A DNA stretch of 64,000 bases from Polyangiales bacterium (GTDB taxonomy: Bacteria > Myxococcota_A > Polyangia > Polyangiales > Ga0077539), in NCBI GenBank assembly GCA_044229975.1, contig JBGARZ010000011.1:1-64000 (forward strand). Reading direction: 5' to 3'. This document shows, piece after piece, positions 60,205 to 64,000 of this stretch; positions within the stretch are counted from its first letter, which is position 1; every line of letters starts with the position of its first letter. Under the pieces are notes generated by a model. The model searched no databases. It worked only from the letters and a program-made list of their open reading frames with translations, and was not told where the DNA came from. The position numbers and the translations under genes were made by a program.

Positions 60205-61569
60205 TCAACGAGGTGTGAAGCGGTAGCCGGTGTTGGGTGCGACGGCGCCCGTGCGGTTGAGGCTGACGAGGCGTCCCGCGGTCTGCTCGAAGGACTCCAG
60301 GCCGATGGTCGCTTCGCCGCCGCGGGAGAAGCTGCTGTTGCGGTTCTCGGAGCAGTAGACGAACTCGATGACGTTGGTGGTCTGGAAGAGGCGCGCCTCG
60401 AAGGACACCGTCGTGGCGCGGTCGCGGTAGAAGCTGACGTTGCTCCAGAGGACGTGGACGACGCGGGAAGGGGACGCGCCGTCGATCCAGAAGTACACGC
60501 CGCCGGACATGGTACCGACGATGAGGTCGTCCCAGAGGGGCGCGACGACGCCGCGCGGGAGCCCGCTGAAGGGGAGGCTGTGGTTGCGCCACGCCGTGTC
60601 GGACGACGGGCTCATGCCGCTCGCAGCGAAGGTGACGAAGCCGTTGGTGTCGTAGGTCAGCCGGTCGACGGATCGCCCGAAGTAGCTGAACGAGAAGCCC
60701 AGCGCCGTGACCGACGAGGCAACGTCGTCTCCGCTGGAGAGCCTCGTGGCGCTGCTCGGAATGGTGCTGCATCGCAGGGTGGTGAGCAGCTCCTGGGTGT
60801 ACGCGACGGAGGGCTCGGCGGCGGTCACGTCGAGGACGAGGTCGAAGGCGCCGGAGGTCGATCCGCTGCTGGAGCGGTAGCCGTCCACGACGAGGTAGTA
60901 GGTGCCCGCGGGGAGGTCGACGGTTCCGGTGGTGGTGGTGGCGTGGTCGAGGCAGGCGACCTCGTCGCGGAAGCGATGGTCGTCGGTCGCCTGCTCGGTG
61001 CAGCTCTGCGTGAGGTAGACCACCGGGACAAACGCCGTTCCGGTCGGACGGGCCGTCCAGGTGAGGCGACTGAAGGCAGGTAGCGTGACGAGGTAGCCGA
61101 CGTCGGCAGCGGCATCGTCGGCCGCGCAGCTCGGGCGGTGGTCGTTGGTGCGCCCGGCGGTGGTGCCGGTGAGCGCGTAGTGACCGAAGCCGGCGACAGT
61201 GGGGACGCCAGTGAGCACGCAGCTCTCAGTGGCGCCGCCGGTGGTCGTCGGGCCGGTGTCGATGGGGGTTGTGTCGGCGGTGATGGGTGGGACGTCGATG
61301 GCGCTGACGTCGATGGAGGCGATGTCCACGAGCGCGACGTCGGGAACGTCGACGGGCGCGGGGACGTCATCGGGGGCGATGACGACGTCCAAGGGGCTCA
61401 CGTCGGGGGCGACGACGGTGACATCGGTGCCCGCGTCGGGAACGTCCTCGGTCAGGGTGTCTGATGGACTGACAGAGTCGGGTGTCGCCCTGAAGTCGGG
61501 GTGTCGCGGCTCGCAGCCGACTGCGAGGTAGCCGACCACCATCCACCTCGCCGCGCGCTTGAGCTCCAT
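60205..61569 (-). CDS. Lipoprotein with PPC-like and NIDO-like domains
   Basis: AVGC lipobox then EPRHP; GTYYLVVDG; LGFSFSYFG...TNGFVTF...VAPLWDDL. Confidence 0.72.
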   Translation of the reverse strand: MELKRAARWMVVGYLAVGCEPRHPDFRATPDSVSPSDTLTEDVPDAGTDVTVVAPDVSPLDVVIAPDDVPAPVDVPDVALVDIASIDVSAIDVPPITADTTPIDTGPTTTGGATESCVLTGVPTVAGFGHYALTGTTAGRTNDHRPSCAADDAAADVGYLVTLPAFSRLTWTARPTGTAFVPVVYLTQSCTEQATDDHRFRDEVACLDHATTTTGTVDLPAGTYYLVVDGYRSSSGSTSGAFDLVLDVTAAEPSVAYTQELLTTLRCSTIPSSATRLSSGDDVASSVTALGFSFSYFGRSVDRLTYDTNGFVTFAASGMSPSSDTAWRNHSLPFSGLPRGVVAPLWDDLIVGTMSGGVYFWIDGASPSRVVHVLWSNVSFYRDRATTVSFEARLFQTTNVIEFVYCSENRNSSFSRGGEATIGLESFEQTAGRLVSLNRTGAVAPNTGYRFTPR

Positions 61570-61596
61570 AGCGCGTGGGACTCTACTGGGCGGCTC

Positions 61597-62283
61597 GTGA
61601 TGGGAGAAGAAGCCGCAAGGGCGCGAGGGTCGCAAGGGAAAGGAGGAAGGGAAAGGAGGAAGGGAAAGGAGGAAGGGAAAGAGGAGGAAAGAAGGGGAGC
61701 ATTGTTAGCGCTGACCCAGCGGCGAATCGAGCGACTCGTCGGCCTCGCCTTGTGCTTCGAGCCGTTGGTTGCGAGCGACGCGCTTCACGCCTCGGAGCAA
61801 CACGGGCACTTGGAAGTTGATGAGAAGGGCGAGCGAGAGTCCCGTCGCCTTGAGGTACGACAGCGCCTGCGCCGTGTGGACGTCGTTGAGGTGCTCAACC
61901 GCCTTGAGTTCAACGACCACGGTCTGTTCGACGAGCAGATCCATCTGTCCCGCGCCGACCCCTTGCCCTTTGTAGTCGACCCGAAAGACCATATGTCTTT
62001 CGAACCTCACGCCCCGCAACCCGAGCTCGATCTCGAGCGCAGCCTGGTACACCGATTCGAGGTAGCCGGGCCCGAGGTGTCGATGCACCTCGACGGCGGC
62101 GATCAACACACGCCTTGCGACCTCGTTCACCCCCAGTGGAGTGTCACGAAACCTCGCTGATGAGCTTGCAACAAGCCCTTCCTGCCCCTCCCGCCCTTCC
62201 TGTCCTTCCTGCCCCTCCCGCCCTTCCTGTCCTTCCTGCCCTTGCGACCCTGGCGCCCTTGCGGCCTCTTCTTCTCTCTTCAC
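61597..62283. mobile_element. Inverted-repeat-bounded GxxExxY element
   Basis: Left GTGA.G.GAGAAGAAG-CCGCAAGGGCGCGAGGGTCGCAAGGG plus (AAGGGAAAGGAGG)x3; the right end is a near reverse complement plus 9-bp pyrimidine repeats. Confidence 0.65.
61705..62130 (-). CDS. GxxExxY protein (PD-(D/E)XK nuclease fold); start uncertain
   Basis: VHRHLGPGYLESVY, DLLVE..VVVELKAV, QALSYLK, LLINF. Confidence 0.9.
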   Translation of the reverse strand: MNEVARRVLIAAVEVHRHLGPGYLESVYQAALEIELGLRGVRFERHMVFRVDYKGQGVGAGQMDLLVEQTVVVELKAVEHLNDVHTAQALSYLKATGLSLALLINFQVPVLLRGVKRVARNQRLEAQGEADESLDSPLGQR

Positions 62284-62434
62284 GTCGCTAGCCCTCCGCC
62301 GCCCCATGGCGCCACCGCCAGCAGCCATCGCAGCGCGCGTGCCACGCATTTTCATCGACAATCAATGCGTTCGCGGGGTGGCGGCGGGTGGCGGCGGGGT
62401 GGCGGCGGCGGGTGGCGATGCACCCGACCACCGC

Positions 62435-64000
62435 TCAGAACGTGTGCGTCCAGCGGCTCCCGGGGATGCGGTTTCCTGCGGCGTTGATGAAGTCCACCGT
62501 GAGCGCGCGCGTCGTCGGGTCGGCGCGCAGCAGCGTGTAGTTGTGGACGTTGTTGACGACCACGGGCCACTGCGAAGCGCGCAGCGAGGGCGGTCCATCA
62601 CGGTTGGCGCCAGCGGGGCCCATGATGACCTCCCAGATGTTGCTCCACGCGCCGGCCGCCTCGACGCGGCACACGCCGCCGAAATGCACATCGCCAGAGA
62701 GCCACACCACCCCGCGGAGGTTGTTGTTGGCGATGTGGTTCAGGATCTCCCGGCGCTGCGAGGCGTAGCCGTTCCAGTTGTCGCTGTCGGCGCCCGCGCG
62801 GTCGACGATGGGCACCGAGTTGACGATGAACTTGAACACACACGGCGAGCTACGCAGCCCCGCCTTCAACCAGTCCATCTGCGCGCGAGAGATGTACGTC
62901 GACGCGCGTGACGCATCCTCCGATCGCGTCGACGGGCGCCGCTCGCTGCGGCAGTCGAGGATGAAGAAGTCCGCGGTGCGCCCCCAGCGGAAGCTGCGCC
63001 AGATGCGGTCGGTGACCGTCGCGTTGCGGCGCGTGGCGCGGTGCTCGAAGAAGGCCTGCCTCGCCGCGGCGAGGCGGGAGGCGGGGAAGGTCTGGGGGTT
63101 CCAGTTGTTGAGCACCTCGTGGTCGTCCCAGGTGAGGTACATGCCGGTCGAGCGGTGCAGCGAGCGCATGCCCGCAGAGGCCCAGTTCTGCTCGTACTTG
63201 GCGCGGTACTGCGCGAGCGTGACGGCGTTGTCGCCGTAGTCCGTGTAGACGTGGTCGCCCGCGTGGATGAAGAAGTCGAGGTCGGTGCGCGAGCCCGCGT
63301 GCTGCAACACCGGAAACGGCCGGTTGGCCTGGTTGGAGCACGACGTCCCGGCGAAGACGATGGGGCTCAGCGCGTCGGCGGCGATGGCGGTCTGCACGCG
63401 CCCCACGAGGCTGCGCCCGGTGGGCCGGCCGACGGCGCCGACGAGGAAGGCGTAGAGGTGCTGCTTGTTGGGACGCAGCCCGTTGACGACGGTGCGGACG
63501 AAGCCCGCGCCCGACGGGGTGACGGCGCCGTCGAAGCGCACCGCCACGATGCGCGTGCCGTCCATCTCCAGCACGCGGAGCACCACCGGCCCGGTGCCGT
63601 CGAAGCGCGTCCAGAAGATCACCGACGAGTCCGTCGCGTCGCCCGCCATCACCCCGATGGGAAACTGCCCCGCCCGCTCGGGTAGCCCACGGAAGTCGGG
63701 GTTGGCCGGCGTCCCCGCGTCGCGCGGAACGTCTCGCGGAACGTCCGCCCCGACATCACGCGGCACATCGACGCGCGCATCCACCGAGGCGTCGCGACCG
63801 GCGTCGGTGCCCGCGTCGAAAGAGGCATCGGCGCCCGCGTCGACGGGGCTCGCGACGTCGGCGACGTCATCGTCGCTCGGGGCGTCTTCGTCGATGGCAG
63901 CGTCGAGGTCTTCGGGGTTGGCGTCGTAGGTCTCGTCGGGCCCGGCGTCCTCCTCGAAGGGGATGTCCTCCTCGGCCGTCTCGCCCGCGCAGCCCACCGC
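62435..64000 (-). CDS. phoD: Alkaline phosphatase D family lipoprotein; 5' end probably off-window
   Basis: GDHVYTD, WDDHEV.NN, LDCRSER, DNWNGY...R, LSGDVH. Confidence 0.9.
   Translation of the reverse strand, partial: AVGCAGETAEEDIPFEEDAGPDETYDANPEDLDAAIDEDAPSDDDVADVASPVDAGADASFDAGTDAGRDASVDARVDVPRDVGADVPRDVPRDAGTPANPDFRGLPERAGQFPIGVMAGDATDSSVIFWTRFDGTGPVVLRVLEMDGTRIVAVRFDGAVTPSGAGFVRTVVNGLRPNKQHLYAFLVGAVGRPTGRSLVGRVQTAIAADALSPIVFAGTSCSNQANRPFPVLQHAGSRTDLDFFIHAGDHVYTDYGDNAVTLAQYRAKYEQNWASAGMRSLHRSTGMYLTWDDHEVLNNWNPQTFPASRLAAARQAFFEHRATRRNATVTDRIWRSFRWGRTADFFILDCRSERRPSTRSEDASRASTYISRAQMDWLKAGLRSSPCVFKFIVNSVPIVDRAGADSDNWNGYASQRREILNHIANNNLRGVVWLSGDVHFGGVCRVEAAGAWSNIWEVIMGPAGANRDGPPSLRASQWPVVVNNVHNYTLLRADPTTRALTVDFINAAGNRIPGSRWTHTF

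Noticed and set aside
62375..62418. GGGTGGCGGC tandem repeat / possible G-quadruplex
   Set aside because: Short low-complexity tract in very GC-rich DNA with no supporting context.

Overview
Very GC-rich bacterial DNA with a myxobacterial (Myxococcota/Polyangia-like) gene repertoire: Ser/Thr kinases, TPR/PEGA proteins, Cys-rich lipoproteins, a MYXO-CTERM protein and an IgGFc-binding protein. About 50 intact CDSs and at least 6 eroded gene remnants are present. The most notable structure is non-coding. (1) A Ro60/TROVE gene (10683-12362) is bracketed by an atypical tRNA-Arg(GCG)-like gene, two short Y-RNA-like hairpins and a YrlA-like circularly permuted tRNA mimic. (2) A divergent four-tRNA array (Glu-TTC, Glu-CTC, Arg-ACG, Asp-GTC; minus strand, 20891-21238) is preceded by a 34-codon leader ORF with a run of codons read by those four tRNAs. 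(3) The two loci share a 23/30-nt identical box at almost the same distance upstream of sigma70-like promoters. Together these suggest (inference) a co-regulated tRNA-damage/translation-stress module. The window also holds the 5' end of a class IIC group II intron inserted beside a REP-like hairpin, several REP/REPIN-like inverted-repeat families, a GxxExxY nuclease gene bounded by inverted repeats with an empty copy of the same repeats 32 kb away, a probable 1770-aa pseudokinase-TPR protein and an unusual sugar/polyol-nucleotide operon. All family calls come from motif recognition by eye; no database search was run.
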